A DNA stretch of 35,286 nt. Origin: Phycisphaerae bacterium. GTDB lineage: Bacteria; Planctomycetota; Phycisphaerae; UBA1845. The translations under genes were made by a program, and so were the position numbers. The DNA is taken from contig JBMYUM010000003.1 of assembly GCA_049605375.1 (NCBI GenBank), positions 1-35,286 on the forward strand. Reading direction: 5' to 3'. Of this stretch, positions 1 to 9,630 are shown piece after piece; positions within the stretch are counted from its first letter, which is position 1, and every line of letters begins with the position of its first letter. Under the pieces are notes generated by a model. That model did not search any database and was not told the origin of the DNA. It worked only from the letters and a program-made list of their open reading frames with translations.

Positions 1-2
1 TT

Positions 3-1019
3 GAGCTCGAGGCGGAGGAGGACGCAGCGGGAGATGTCGTCGACGATGAGGAGGAAGGTGGCACACTCGAGGCTGAGGCGTCGCTCATTGCGGCGGATGG
101 CGTGCGTGCACCAAGTTCCTTCTTCGCTCAGAAGCACTTCCGTACGGCGTGGATCATGCTGCACCGCCCCAACCAGGAACCGACGCCGCAGCAGCTGCAG
201 CGTGTGGTCGACATTCTCAACATCTGGAACCAGCGTTACATCGACAGCGTGCTTGGTCGGGGAACCATGAGCAATGTCCTCACTCCGGTGATTCAGCCCG
301 GCGCCTGCGACACGGTTTACGAGGTTCGCATGGAAACCTCGACGCCCCCTGACACGCTGGTCTGCGAGAATCTCCTGCAACCACAGTGTGATCCGGGCGA
401 CCTCGAGTCTGATCAAACGTATTACTGGCAGGTATCGGCAACCCGGGAGGACGTGAAAACGGATGGTCCGATCTGGTCGTTCAACACATTCTGCACGTTG
501 ACCGGGCACAGCCCGGATGTCTGCACGATCGACGCCCGCCAGCCGCACACGCTTGGCGATGCCAGCGCACGTGAAGGCTTGCAGACGGTGTCGTTCGAGT
601 TCGACTGCGAAACACCGGACGTGGTTGTCGAAGACTTTGCCGTCACGTCGGCATCGCCGATTCAACCCGGGATTTCCGGCCTCTTCTTCAATGATGGCGT
701 AGCAACAATCGAATTGAGTGAGCCTGTCGGACCAGGCGAGTGGACATGTGTCACCTACATTCCGGAAGAGATGTCGGTCTGTATCGGGGCACTGCCCGGC
801 GATGTGGACGCTTCGGCGATCGTGAACAGCCAGGACATTCGCAGCCTTGTCCTGTCGCTGGACGGCGCGGCGAGCTTCCCTGAATTCACCACCGACCTGG
901 ACCGCGATGGCGTCCAGGGCCCGGAAGACCTGCTTCGTCTCATTGATGTTATCAACGGCGGTGGGGAATTCGATTCCTGGTATGGCGAGTCGCTCGGTGT
1001 CTGCCCAGCGTTACCCTGA
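3..1019 (+). CDS. 5'-truncated probable extracellular protein with FN3-like domain and C-terminal dockerin-like (paired EF-hand-type) domain
   Basis: The frame of ORF 102..1019 stays open back to nt 3 (ELEAEEDAAGDVVDDEEEGG...). FN3-like TYYWQV...GPIWSFNT. Paired Ca-binding loops LPGDVDASAIVNSQDI and DLDRDGVQGPEDLL near the C-terminus. Confidence 0.75.
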   Translation, partial: ELEAEEDAAGDVVDDEEEGGTLEAEASLIAADGVRAPSSFFAQKHFRTAWIMLHRPNQEPTPQQLQRVVDILNIWNQRYIDSVLGRGTMSNVLTPVIQPGACDTVYEVRMETSTPPDTLVCENLLQPQCDPGDLESDQTYYWQVSATREDVKTDGPIWSFNTFCTLTGHSPDVCTIDARQPHTLGDASAREGLQTVSFEFDCETPDVVVEDFAVTSASPIQPGISGLFFNDGVATIELSEPVGPGEWTCVTYIPEEMSVCIGALPGDVDASAIVNSQDIRSLVLSLDGAASFPEFTTDLDRDGVQGPEDLLRLIDVINGGGEFDSWYGESLGVCPALP

Positions 1020-1167
1020 CAGCCCCGTTCACCATTAATCATGACCGATCGTAAGGCGGTGCAGCTCGACTGAGTTTGCGCCGCCTGTTCGTTTTTGAAA
1101 CGACATCGACCGTCGATGAGAGAGCGTCGCAGCGACGGCGTTACCGCCCACGCGGCGTGTACGGTGT

Positions 1168-1195
1168 TTGACACCGGATCCCCCATCCCTATACT
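1168..1195 (+). promoter_or_regulatory. sigma70-type promoter for lptD
   Basis: TTGACA (1168-1173), 16-nt spacer, TATACT (1190-1195), about 80 nt upstream of the probable lptD start. Confidence 0.7.
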
Positions 1196-1276
1196 GCGAG
1201 GTCCGTTGCTCGAGGTAAGAAGCGCGGCTCATATCGACCTAATCCAATGCGATGGTCGGTCCAGGTCATTCCAGGG

Positions 1277-4189
1277 ATGGTAAAGCCTAAGACCACTCAG
1301 TTCGTTCTTTTCCTGGCTTTGCCGGTCATAGCCTTGATGTCTGCGCCCATTTTCGCGCAAGGCCCCTTCCCCATCGCGGAACCTGCGGAAGATCCACTGA
1401 CACCAAGCGGAATCACCGAACTCGACATCTCTCTGGACGGCGAGTTCGCCTATTTGTTTGACCTCGAGGATGGTACGAAAGTCGCTCATTTCCTTGGTGG
1501 GTTCCAATTACGACAAGGTGAAGGACCCGTTTACGAGCTCGGCGCCAAAGAGGCCGTGGTGTGGATTTCCGAAGGCTTGTACGAGGGCACGGTGTACCGC
1601 CATCTCGACATTCTGCTCTGGCGCGACGCCACTATTTCAGAGCCCGGTGGCACGACGACCGAAGGGCCTGCTTTGTTTGTGACGCTCAACAGCGCAGGGG
1701 ACTTGGCCTTGAATGCCGATCAACTGGCCTTCGAGTCGTCCGAAGAGAGCAAGGTGTATCGGAACGGCAACAAGCTTCGCATGGCATTGGCTGATGCCGA
1801 TGTCCTCATCGACAACGTTGATTCGCCGTTGCAGGTGCTTGATACGACAGGACTGACGCTGCAGCGTCCTCGTCCGAAGATCAAGCCTCCCGTGGTGTTT
1901 CAGGCGCCTGGTGAACTGCAAACCGTGTCGGTGGATGGTCGAGATGTGATCACCGTTGTCGGTGGTGCTTATCTGTCTCGTGGCGACCCGCGTGCCGATC
2001 GATTCCTGGAAATTCGGGCCGAATCCGTCGCCGTCTACTTACCGCAACGGGATCAGAATAAAGAGGACACGGACAGAAACGCCAGGTCCCCCCGTCGCGA
2101 CCGACAGATGATGGCGGGTTCCTTCGGGCAGCAGGAAGTCGAGGGCGTCTACCTTGAGGGTGACGTGCGTATGCAGCAGGGTCCGGTTTCGGTCCGTGCC
2201 GATCGCGTCTACTACGACTTCAACCTGGAACGTGCCTTGATCGTGGATACGGTCATGTACAGCTCCATCCAGGGCCGGAACGTGCCGCTTTACGTGCGTG
2301 CTTCCGAGGTTCGTCAGTTGTCGCCGGAAGAGTTTATCGCCAACGACGCGATGGTCAGCACGAGTGAGTTTCACACGCCTCATTACCACCTCGGTGCCAA
2401 GGAAGTCTATCTGATCAACCAGACACCGCTGGAGCCGACGGGCGAGCGATCATCGATTCAGGCGGGCGCTTTCGAGATCAAGGAAGCGACGCTCAATATC
2501 AACAACACGCCGTTTTTCTGGATCCCCTACTCAAAGGGCAAGATCGACAACAGTGAGTCGGCCTTGCGACGCCTTCGCGTCGGCTACAGTGATGATTTCG
2601 GGGCCGAACTCGAATCATCATGGGAGTTGTTTACAAGTCTTGGCCTTGAGACGCCCGAAGGCTTTGATGGGCTTCTTCGTCGTGATGCGTATACGGAGCG
2701 CGGTGTCGGTCTTGGCGCGGATGTCTTTTATGAACGCGACGACTATTTCGGCCAACTTCGAAGCTACATCATGTACGACGGCGGCGAAGACAATCTAGGC
2801 CGACAGCGCCGCGAGCAGGATTACAGCGGGATTCGCGGGCGTCTGCTGCTTCGTCATCGGCAATACCTGGAAGACGACTGGCAGATCTCTCTCGAGCTTT
2901 CCTACCTTTCCGATGTCCAGTTCCTGGAAGAGTTCTTTGAGCGAGAATTCGACAACGACAAGGAACAGGAAACACTGGTCTACCTGAAGAAACAACGTGA
3001 CAACTGGGCTTTTACCATTGGCGCCCAAACACGCATTCTCGATTTCACCACGCAGACGGAACGTTTCCCGGATATGGGTCTTTTCCTTGTCGGCGAACCG
3101 CTGGGTGACGTAGCCACGCTTTACAGCGAGAACCGTGCAGGCCTGGTCCGCTATCGCTTTGCCGAGCAGGACCTGTTCCAATCGCTCCGCCTTGGGTCGG
3201 GCGACAGTTCGGGAACGGTATTGCGGGTCGACACAAGACAGGAAATCGATACCCCAATCGATCTTGGCGACCTCCGCATCGTCCCCTTCGCCTCGGTCCG
3301 TGGAACGGCATACGACGATACACCTGAAGATGGTGCCGTTCAGCGTGTTTTTGGTACAGCCGGTATCCGCGGCAGCACGTATGCCTGGAAGCAATATCCC
3401 GATGCCGCCTCTGAGCTGTGGGACATTGATGGGATGCGGCACATCATCAAGACGGACTTCACCGGTTGGGTTGCCGGGACCAACTATGATGCACAGTCCT
3501 TGCATCCTTTTGACTCAACCGTTGGTGGCGAGGTGGTTGAGAGCATCGACGGAACGAGCGGTTTTGAACTCGGTATCCGTCAACGGTGGCAGACCAAGCG
3601 AGGCCAGGGTGAGAATCGGCGCGTTGTCGATTTCCTGACGCTCGATATCGAAGCCGGCTTCTTTGATGACGCGACGAACCGGCGATTTACCAACGGCTTC
3701 GCGAGCTTCAGCCGTCCCGAGAACAGCATCGCTCGAAATTACGTTAACACATCGAGTGTCTGGCGTATCAACGACCGGACCGCCCTGCTCCACGAGATGA
3801 ACTTCGATATCAATGATGCCGAGATTGATCTTCTGAATGTCTCGATCGCGGTCGAGCGGACTCCCCGTTTCAGCTATCTTCTGGGCTACCGCTACATTGG
3901 CGAAACAAACTCGAACCTGCTGGCGTTCGATTTGAACTACAAGCTCAGCGAAAAGCACTCAATCGCGCTGCGTGAGCTGTTTGATCTCAGTACCGGACGA
4001 ACGCTTGACTTCACGGTCGGCTTTGTTCGCAAGTTCCCCCGCTGGTACGGCGCGATTTCATTTGAGCTTGACGATACAGAAGATGACTTCGGTGTGTCAT
4101 TCAGTATCTGGCCGGAAGGTCTACCGAATGTCACGCTGGGTTCACGTCGATTCACCGGTCTGGCCACAAGCACCCGAATTCAAAACTGA
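1277..4189 (+). CDS. lptD: LPS-assembly outer-membrane protein LptD (long form)
   Basis: Signal peptide from ATG 1277 (MVKPKTTQFVLFLALPVIALMSAPIFAQ). OstA-like jellyroll segment (VYLEGDVRMQQG..RADRVYYDF; STSEFHTPHYHLGAKEV; PFFWIPY). C-terminal amphipathic beta-barrel strands (SYLSDVQFLEEFFEREF). Confidence 0.85.
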   Translation: MVKPKTTQFVLFLALPVIALMSAPIFAQGPFPIAEPAEDPLTPSGITELDISLDGEFAYLFDLEDGTKVAHFLGGFQLRQGEGPVYELGAKEAVVWISEGLYEGTVYRHLDILLWRDATISEPGGTTTEGPALFVTLNSAGDLALNADQLAFESSEESKVYRNGNKLRMALADADVLIDNVDSPLQVLDTTGLTLQRPRPKIKPPVVFQAPGELQTVSVDGRDVITVVGGAYLSRGDPRADRFLEIRAESVAVYLPQRDQNKEDTDRNARSPRRDRQMMAGSFGQQEVEGVYLEGDVRMQQGPVSVRADRVYYDFNLERALIVDTVMYSSIQGRNVPLYVRASEVRQLSPEEFIANDAMVSTSEFHTPHYHLGAKEVYLINQTPLEPTGERSSIQAGAFEIKEATLNINNTPFFWIPYSKGKIDNSESALRRLRVGYSDDFGAELESSWELFTSLGLETPEGFDGLLRRDAYTERGVGLGADVFYERDDYFGQLRSYIMYDGGEDNLGRQRREQDYSGIRGRLLLRHRQYLEDDWQISLELSYLSDVQFLEEFFEREFDNDKEQETLVYLKKQRDNWAFTIGAQTRILDFTTQTERFPDMGLFLVGEPLGDVATLYSENRAGLVRYRFAEQDLFQSLRLGSGDSSGTVLRVDTRQEIDTPIDLGDLRIVPFASVRGTAYDDTPEDGAVQRVFGTAGIRGSTYAWKQYPDAASELWDIDGMRHIIKTDFTGWVAGTNYDAQSLHPFDSTVGGEVVESIDGTSGFELGIRQRWQTKRGQGENRRVVDFLTLDIEAGFFDDATNRRFTNGFASFSRPENSIARNYVNTSSVWRINDRTALLHEMNFDINDAEIDLLNVSIAVERTPRFSYLLGYRYIGETNSNLLAFDLNYKLSEKHSIALRELFDLSTGRTLDFTVGFVRKFPRWYGAISFELDDTEDDFGVSFSIWPEGLPNVTLGSRRFTGLATSTRIQN

Positions 4190-4484
4190 CCCGGGTCTGT
4201 TGTGGTCATAACGCGATGACCATCCAGCCGTTGCATAATGCAAGGTCGTAACGACAGGCAAATCTTGCGCCATTTGCCGTTTGCCTGAAACGTTGCGATC
4301 GATTCCCGTGCGTGAAACTCACAGGCTGCTGCATCTTTCTCCAAACTTGCACCAATCCCGATCAATTCGCACATCATTGGGTTTTCTGTGCTGGTATCGG
4401 CGGTTATGATGCGCAACCTCAAATAGCGCGGTTGAAACGGGCGGCTTGGCAAACGCCCCGTTGCACTTGATTGGTGGCTTCAAT

Positions 4485-6803
4485 TTGAACACTTCGCATT
4501 CCAGGCTCAACCTGACCATGGCGTGCTGCGCAGCGATGCCTGTGCTGATGCATGCAGCGCTTGCATTTGCGCAGGCTTCCGATGGACAAGCAATCGGACG
4601 GGTGACGTTTGTCGGGCTCGAACGCATCAATCCAGCCTACGTCCGCGACATCGTCGGCATACGCGATGGTGACACGGTCACGACACAAACACTCGAGGGC
4701 GCGAAGTCGAGACTGCTACGCACCGGCAGGTTCCTTTCGGTTGACTATGCGATTTCCGGTGACGATGCCGAATTGATCTTCACGTTGGCGGAACGCCGGT
4801 TGATTCGTGCGATTCGATTCGAGGGGCATACGCGCTTCAGTAGCGACAGATTGCGGGAATCCGTGGGCCTGCAGGTGGATGACAACCTCGACTGGTTTGC
4901 GATTCGCGGCGGCGCAGAGTCAATTCGCCTGCTGTATCAGGAATCGGGTTACAGCGAAGCCGTGGTCTCCTTTGACCGTGAGCTGCTGGAGCAAACCGGC
5001 GAGCTTGTGTACCGCGTAGAGGAAGGCGTTCGTGTCCGCATCAAGAAGATCCGGTTTGAAGGCAATGAGCGATTTGACGAGCGCGAGCTGAAGCTGCAGA
5101 TCGTCTCCCGCGAGGCTTTCGGGCTGCTGTTCCCTGGCGATTTCGACGAAGACCGCGCCGCAGCAGACGCGACCAGCATCCAGGCGTTCTATCGCGATCT
5201 CGGGTACCTCGACGCCCGCGCCGGCTTCCGACGCGAAATCAGTGACAACGGGGAAGACCTGACGCTGACGTTCACCATCTCTGAGGGTGTGCTCTACCGC
5301 GTGGAAGACATCACCATCGAAGGCAACGAGGTCATTTTGACGGAAGAGTTGCTGGAGACGATCAGCACGCGCGTGGACGAACCGGTTCGACGCCCGTTCC
5401 TGGATGAAGACGTCAAGACGATCCGAAACAAGTACTGGGAACTCGGCTACATCTACGTCAACGTGCGTTCGGAGCGCGTTTTCTCCGATCAGCCGGAGTT
5501 CGCGCGAATACGATTCACCATCGACGAAGGTCGTCAATACAAGGTCGGCCGGGTACTGGTGCGCGGCAACACACGGACGCGCGACAAGGTCATTCGTCGT
5601 GCACTGAATCTCTATCCACCGGATGATCTGTTTGATCTCAACCAGGCGAAGGAAGCCGAGAACAAGCTGCGCCAAACACAGATCTTCGAATCCGCAACGG
5701 TTTATCCGATCGGGGATGATCCCGAACGCCGCGACGTCGTGATGGACGTTCGCGAAACCGAACGCAACGGCGACCTCATTTTCGGTCTCGGTGTCACCAG
5801 TAACAGTGGGCTGGTGGGTACGCTGAATGTGGATTTCAAGAACTTCGACCTGTCCGACACGCCGCGTTCATGGTCGGAGTTATGGAAGATGCGTGCATTC
5901 TTTGGTGGCGGACAGCGACTTCGTTTGGAGCTGCAACCCGGTACCGAAGTGAACCGGTTCCGCATCGACTTCACTGAGCCATTCTTCATGGACCAGCCCT
6001 TGCGATTTGATATGAGTGCCTACCTCTTCGATCGCAGACGAGACGGATACAACGAAGGTCGACTGGGTCTGACAACGGCCATCGGAAAGCGGTTTGAAAA
6101 GGGACCGTTGTTCGGTTGGAGCGGCGAGTTGGCCGTTCGTTTTGAAAACGCACAGGTTGACGATATTGACCTCTTCACCTCCAACGAAGTACGTGAGGAC
6201 GAAGGAAGCAACTACCTGTCGAGCCTGAAAGCAACGCTTGTCCGCGACCGCACCGACAGTTTCTTCCTTCCATCCGAAGGGGACCGGCTCCGCTTGAGCT
6301 ACGAACAATTCGGGCTGTTGGGTGGCGCGTTTGACTTTGGCCGATTCTACGCTTCATACACCTGGTACAAGACGCTGCGTCGCGACAAGCTCGATCGAAA
6401 ATCCGTCTTGCGCTTGAACGCCGAGGGCGGTTTCCTGGTCGGTGATGCTCCCGTGATTGAGCGCTTCTTTGCCGGTGGAACGGGTTCGATGCGCGGTTTC
6501 AACTTCCGCGGCATCGGTGAGCGTGACGGGCTGGACGACACCAACGTCGGTGGCGACTACCTTCTGCTGCTTGGCGCGGAGTATGCGTTCCCACTCTTTG
6601 GCGAGAACGTACGAGGACACGTCTTCCTGGATACGGGAACGGCCGGCCGCGGCGGTTATCGCGCAGCCGCCGGTGTGGGTGTGCGAATCGTGGTCGAATT
6701 GCTCGGCCCGCTGCCGCTCGAATTCAACATTGCGCTTCCGATCAGCAGCGAGGAACTTGATGACGAACAGGTCTTCAGCTTCCTGGTGGGTACGCTCTTC
6801 TAA
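4485..6803 (+). CDS. bamA: Outer membrane protein assembly factor BamA (Omp85)
   Basis: Five POTRA repeats (IRFEGH, IRFEGN, ITIEGN, VRGNTRTRDKVIRR, Y..xGY), barrel with MRGF (VRGF-like) loop-6 motif and terminal Phe. Start uncertain (4446, 4485 or 4518). Confidence 0.95.
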   Translation: MNTSHSRLNLTMACCAAMPVLMHAALAFAQASDGQAIGRVTFVGLERINPAYVRDIVGIRDGDTVTTQTLEGAKSRLLRTGRFLSVDYAISGDDAELIFTLAERRLIRAIRFEGHTRFSSDRLRESVGLQVDDNLDWFAIRGGAESIRLLYQESGYSEAVVSFDRELLEQTGELVYRVEEGVRVRIKKIRFEGNERFDERELKLQIVSREAFGLLFPGDFDEDRAAADATSIQAFYRDLGYLDARAGFRREISDNGEDLTLTFTISEGVLYRVEDITIEGNEVILTEELLETISTRVDEPVRRPFLDEDVKTIRNKYWELGYIYVNVRSERVFSDQPEFARIRFTIDEGRQYKVGRVLVRGNTRTRDKVIRRALNLYPPDDLFDLNQAKEAENKLRQTQIFESATVYPIGDDPERRDVVMDVRETERNGDLIFGLGVTSNSGLVGTLNVDFKNFDLSDTPRSWSELWKMRAFFGGGQRLRLELQPGTEVNRFRIDFTEPFFMDQPLRFDMSAYLFDRRRDGYNEGRLGLTTAIGKRFEKGPLFGWSGELAVRFENAQVDDIDLFTSNEVREDEGSNYLSSLKATLVRDRTDSFFLPSEGDRLRLSYEQFGLLGGAFDFGRFYASYTWYKTLRRDKLDRKSVLRLNAEGGFLVGDAPVIERFFAGGTGSMRGFNFRGIGERDGLDDTNVGGDYLLLLGAEYAFPLFGENVRGHVFLDTGTAGRGGYRAAAGVGVRIVVELLGPLPLEFNIALPISSEELDDEQVFSFLVGTLF

Positions 6804-6920
6804 GACGACGTTGTTCCTTCCATGTCCGCCTGCGCCGGCCGGGTAGACCGCCCGCCGGGCTCGGCTTGCCGTCAAATCCAAGCCAGCGTCACCGGGATTC
6901 GATTCAGACCTCGGCGCATA

Positions 6921-6945
6921 AGAAAAGGGAGCCCATTCGGCTCCC
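6921..6945 (-). terminator. Intrinsic terminator for the leftward TPR gene
   Basis: GGGAGCC (6927-6933)/GGCTCCC (6939-6945) hairpin with an A-run at 6923-6926, which reads as a U-tract on the minus strand, about 40 nt past the stop at 6987. Confidence 0.65.
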
Positions 6946-6986
6946 CCGCATAGAGAGTTTGTTGTTTGTGTCGTGTCGCGGTCAGG

Positions 6987-9611
6987 CTACTCCGGGTCGA
7001 TGATCTGATCCGGATGGCGATGGCCGAGGCGGTAGCGAGAGGTTCGAAGGCGACGCGAGGGATCATACGGCGACGATCGACGGCGCGTCGAGGTGCGATG
7101 GATCCAGTGACGGTCTTCATCAATTTTCGAGCGATAGTTGTCGCCCATGCCCGGAGACTGATTGGGCTGACGACCTCCGCGATGGGACGACTTGGCGTCC
7201 GGTGCAGGGTTGTCAAACTTGTTCGAATCATCGACACGACCAGCATTCGAATTCGGCTTCGCTGCTTTGTTCGCAAAGTTGACGTCTTCGGTGTTGGTTG
7301 CTTTCGACTGTTCCTGCGAGAGGTACTGCTGAATGGTCTCGACGTCCCAGCACGTGTTGCCATCAGCCGCAAGACCGATGAGCGTCAGCAGGTTATCAAA
7401 CTGCACCTGATTCAGAGGGATGTTTGTACCCTGGGGATCAAACGCATCACATTCTGATGATTTCTTTCGCTCCTTCGACTCCGTCACTGTCATGGACATG
7501 GTTTCGCGTCCACGAGGAACCGGTACTTCTTCCGGTACCGATCCGAAGTCAACTTCATGAAGAGCCTGATAGGTGGCCTGCTCCATTGGTGACATCGTCA
7601 CAATGGTCCAGTCCATACCGGGAACATAATCCAGAGCCAGATCACTCATACTGACGTTCTGACGATAGGGACCGTAGAGCGTGGCGAGGTCGTTATCCAG
7701 GCATCGGATCTCGTCGCGCACCTGAACCAATCGTGCCTCGATCTGCTGACGCGTCATGGACGCCAGCGATTCGCGGAGTGAAATGGTCGGATTCTGCGCC
7801 ACGGGTGTGTGAATGGAAGCGTAGCCACTCGTCATGTTCCGAACGCTCTTCGAAGGACGAGCCATTGTCTTTACGTACGTGTTTGACGGGCTGATGGCAC
7901 GCATGGCAAGCGTCTGACGTGATGTCTGCATGATATCCGCGTGATCAATCAGATTGACCTGATCGACGACGGCAGCCCATGTCGAAGCGTCAGCCATGCT
8001 GCTCAGCTCGCTTGACGGCATCTCACCCGCCATCGCTGCTACATCGTCGAACGTGACACCACCAACGGCCCACGCCGTGCCTTGCTGAATATGCGGGAAC
8101 TCCTCGTCGCCGCATCCATCAAGAAACTCAAAGCCTTCCACACCATACATCATGACTTCGTTTTCGATGACCGGTGCCTGCACGACCGAATCGGTCATAT
8201 CAGTAGTGCCAGCAGCGTTTGTAGAAGGTGATGAGGTTACCGGCCGACTGGCCATCGTGGATCGGACTGGAGCGATTTTTTCCATCTGATTGATGAACGG
8301 GACGAAGAGACCATCGTCGGGTGATGCATCCGTCAGGAAGAGCTCGTGGCAGCGTGCCACCTCGTAGTCGAAGTCTGCGTAGGTTTCGTGCCAATCAGAT
8401 GCGGAAGCCATCATCATTTCTGATGACGCGGAGTCGTTCATACCCATACGATTGCCGCGCTTACTCGTGGACGGCTTGGCCTTCATCGTATTCTGCTTCT
8501 GTGCGAAGGAACGCAGTGCACTGGTAGGCCAATTCATGTCCGTCGCAACGCCTTCGTTTGGCATCATGACGCCACGGCTGGCTTCACGAAGATTTTCGTC
8601 CTCGCACCATTCGATGTCATAGCTCATGCACGCCTGGAGTGCCGCTTCATCTTCAGGGCAGCTGTTCTGCACTGCGACGTTCCGGTTCCGGCGATTGTTA
8701 ACCGGCGACACTCCGCCACGATTGCGTTGGCTTACCTTGTTCTTGCCTGGCGTTGCGGTGGAAGATGACGTGGTCTGGTTATTCTGTTGGCCACGGTCTT
8801 CAACCATGTTGGAGCGTGACTGGGCGTTGTTGTTGAAGTCTTCGTCGTCACCTTCGCTGGCGATCTGCTCTTCCGATTCAACCGGTGGAGCAAGGAAAGG
8901 CTGCAGGGAAACCAGCTGGTCTTCGGCTGCCACGAATTGCGGATTGACGCGCAGAACATCGCGAAACGCCTGCGCGGCTTCTTCGTAACGCTGCTGGCCG
9001 CGATACATCAGTCCCAGGTTATACTTGGCATCGGCCTTGGGCAGCACCGTACGAAAACTCTCGTAGGCTTCTTCAAATCGACCAAGCTTTGACAGGCACA
9101 TGCCAAGGTTGACATGGGCACGAGCAAAGTAGGGCTGAATCTTGGTCGCCTTGACCAGGTGTTGCTTGGCTTCGGCCCAACGACCGTTACGCATCATGAG
9201 GTAACCGAGGTTGTTTCTGGCGAGCGCATCTGTCGGACAGAGGCTGACGGCCTTGGTCATCGATTCGATCGCGTCGTTGTTGCGACCGATCTGAGCGTAG
9301 AGGATGCCAAGCGCCTGATAGGCTTCACCGTACGTGTGATTAACGGCGATCGCCTTCTGGTACTGGACAATGGCATCGTCGATCATGCCTTTCGCTTCCA
9401 GAAGCTGGCCGGCAGCGAAATGTGTCTTGGGCAGGATCTTCGGTTCGGTCAGGGATCGGTTGCCCTGTTCACTGGGCGTCGGCAACTCATAGCCCTCCTT
9501 CCATTGCGGTGACTGAATGGAGGACGCGGTCTTCTGATTGTTCTGCGCACACCCAGCGATCACGGCAATCACCGATGCCGACAGCAAGGTTTTTGTCAGT
9601 TGCTTACCCAT
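6987..9611 (-). CDS. TPR-repeat lipoprotein with long low-complexity C-terminal region
   Basis: GGGAG SD then ATG 9611. Lipobox VIAG-C. About 5 TPR motifs (AYQALGILY, ARNNLGYLM, AHVNLGMCL, AKYNLGLMY), followed by a long Ser/Thr/Met/Asp-rich tail. Confidence 0.85.
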   Translation of the reverse strand: MGKQLTKTLLSASVIAVIAGCAQNNQKTASSIQSPQWKEGYELPTPSEQGNRSLTEPKILPKTHFAAGQLLEAKGMIDDAIVQYQKAIAVNHTYGEAYQALGILYAQIGRNNDAIESMTKAVSLCPTDALARNNLGYLMMRNGRWAEAKQHLVKATKIQPYFARAHVNLGMCLSKLGRFEEAYESFRTVLPKADAKYNLGLMYRGQQRYEEAAQAFRDVLRVNPQFVAAEDQLVSLQPFLAPPVESEEQIASEGDDEDFNNNAQSRSNMVEDRGQQNNQTTSSSTATPGKNKVSQRNRGGVSPVNNRRNRNVAVQNSCPEDEAALQACMSYDIEWCEDENLREASRGVMMPNEGVATDMNWPTSALRSFAQKQNTMKAKPSTSKRGNRMGMNDSASSEMMMASASDWHETYADFDYEVARCHELFLTDASPDDGLFVPFINQMEKIAPVRSTMASRPVTSSPSTNAAGTTDMTDSVVQAPVIENEVMMYGVEGFEFLDGCGDEEFPHIQQGTAWAVGGVTFDDVAAMAGEMPSSELSSMADASTWAAVVDQVNLIDHADIMQTSRQTLAMRAISPSNTYVKTMARPSKSVRNMTSGYASIHTPVAQNPTISLRESLASMTRQQIEARLVQVRDEIRCLDNDLATLYGPYRQNVSMSDLALDYVPGMDWTIVTMSPMEQATYQALHEVDFGSVPEEVPVPRGRETMSMTVTESKERKKSSECDAFDPQGTNIPLNQVQFDNLLTLIGLAADGNTCWDVETIQQYLSQEQSKATNTEDVNFANKAAKPNSNAGRVDDSNKFDNPAPDAKSSHRGGRQPNQSPGMGDNYRSKIDEDRHWIHRTSTRRRSSPYDPSRRLRTSRYRLGHRHPDQIIDPE

Positions 9612-9630
9612 GAACTTCACTCCCACTCAA

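Noticed and set aside
1-270. Arg/Ser-rich 89-aa ORF in frame 1
   Set aside because: Out-of-frame shadow of the real acidic reading frame starting at nt 3.
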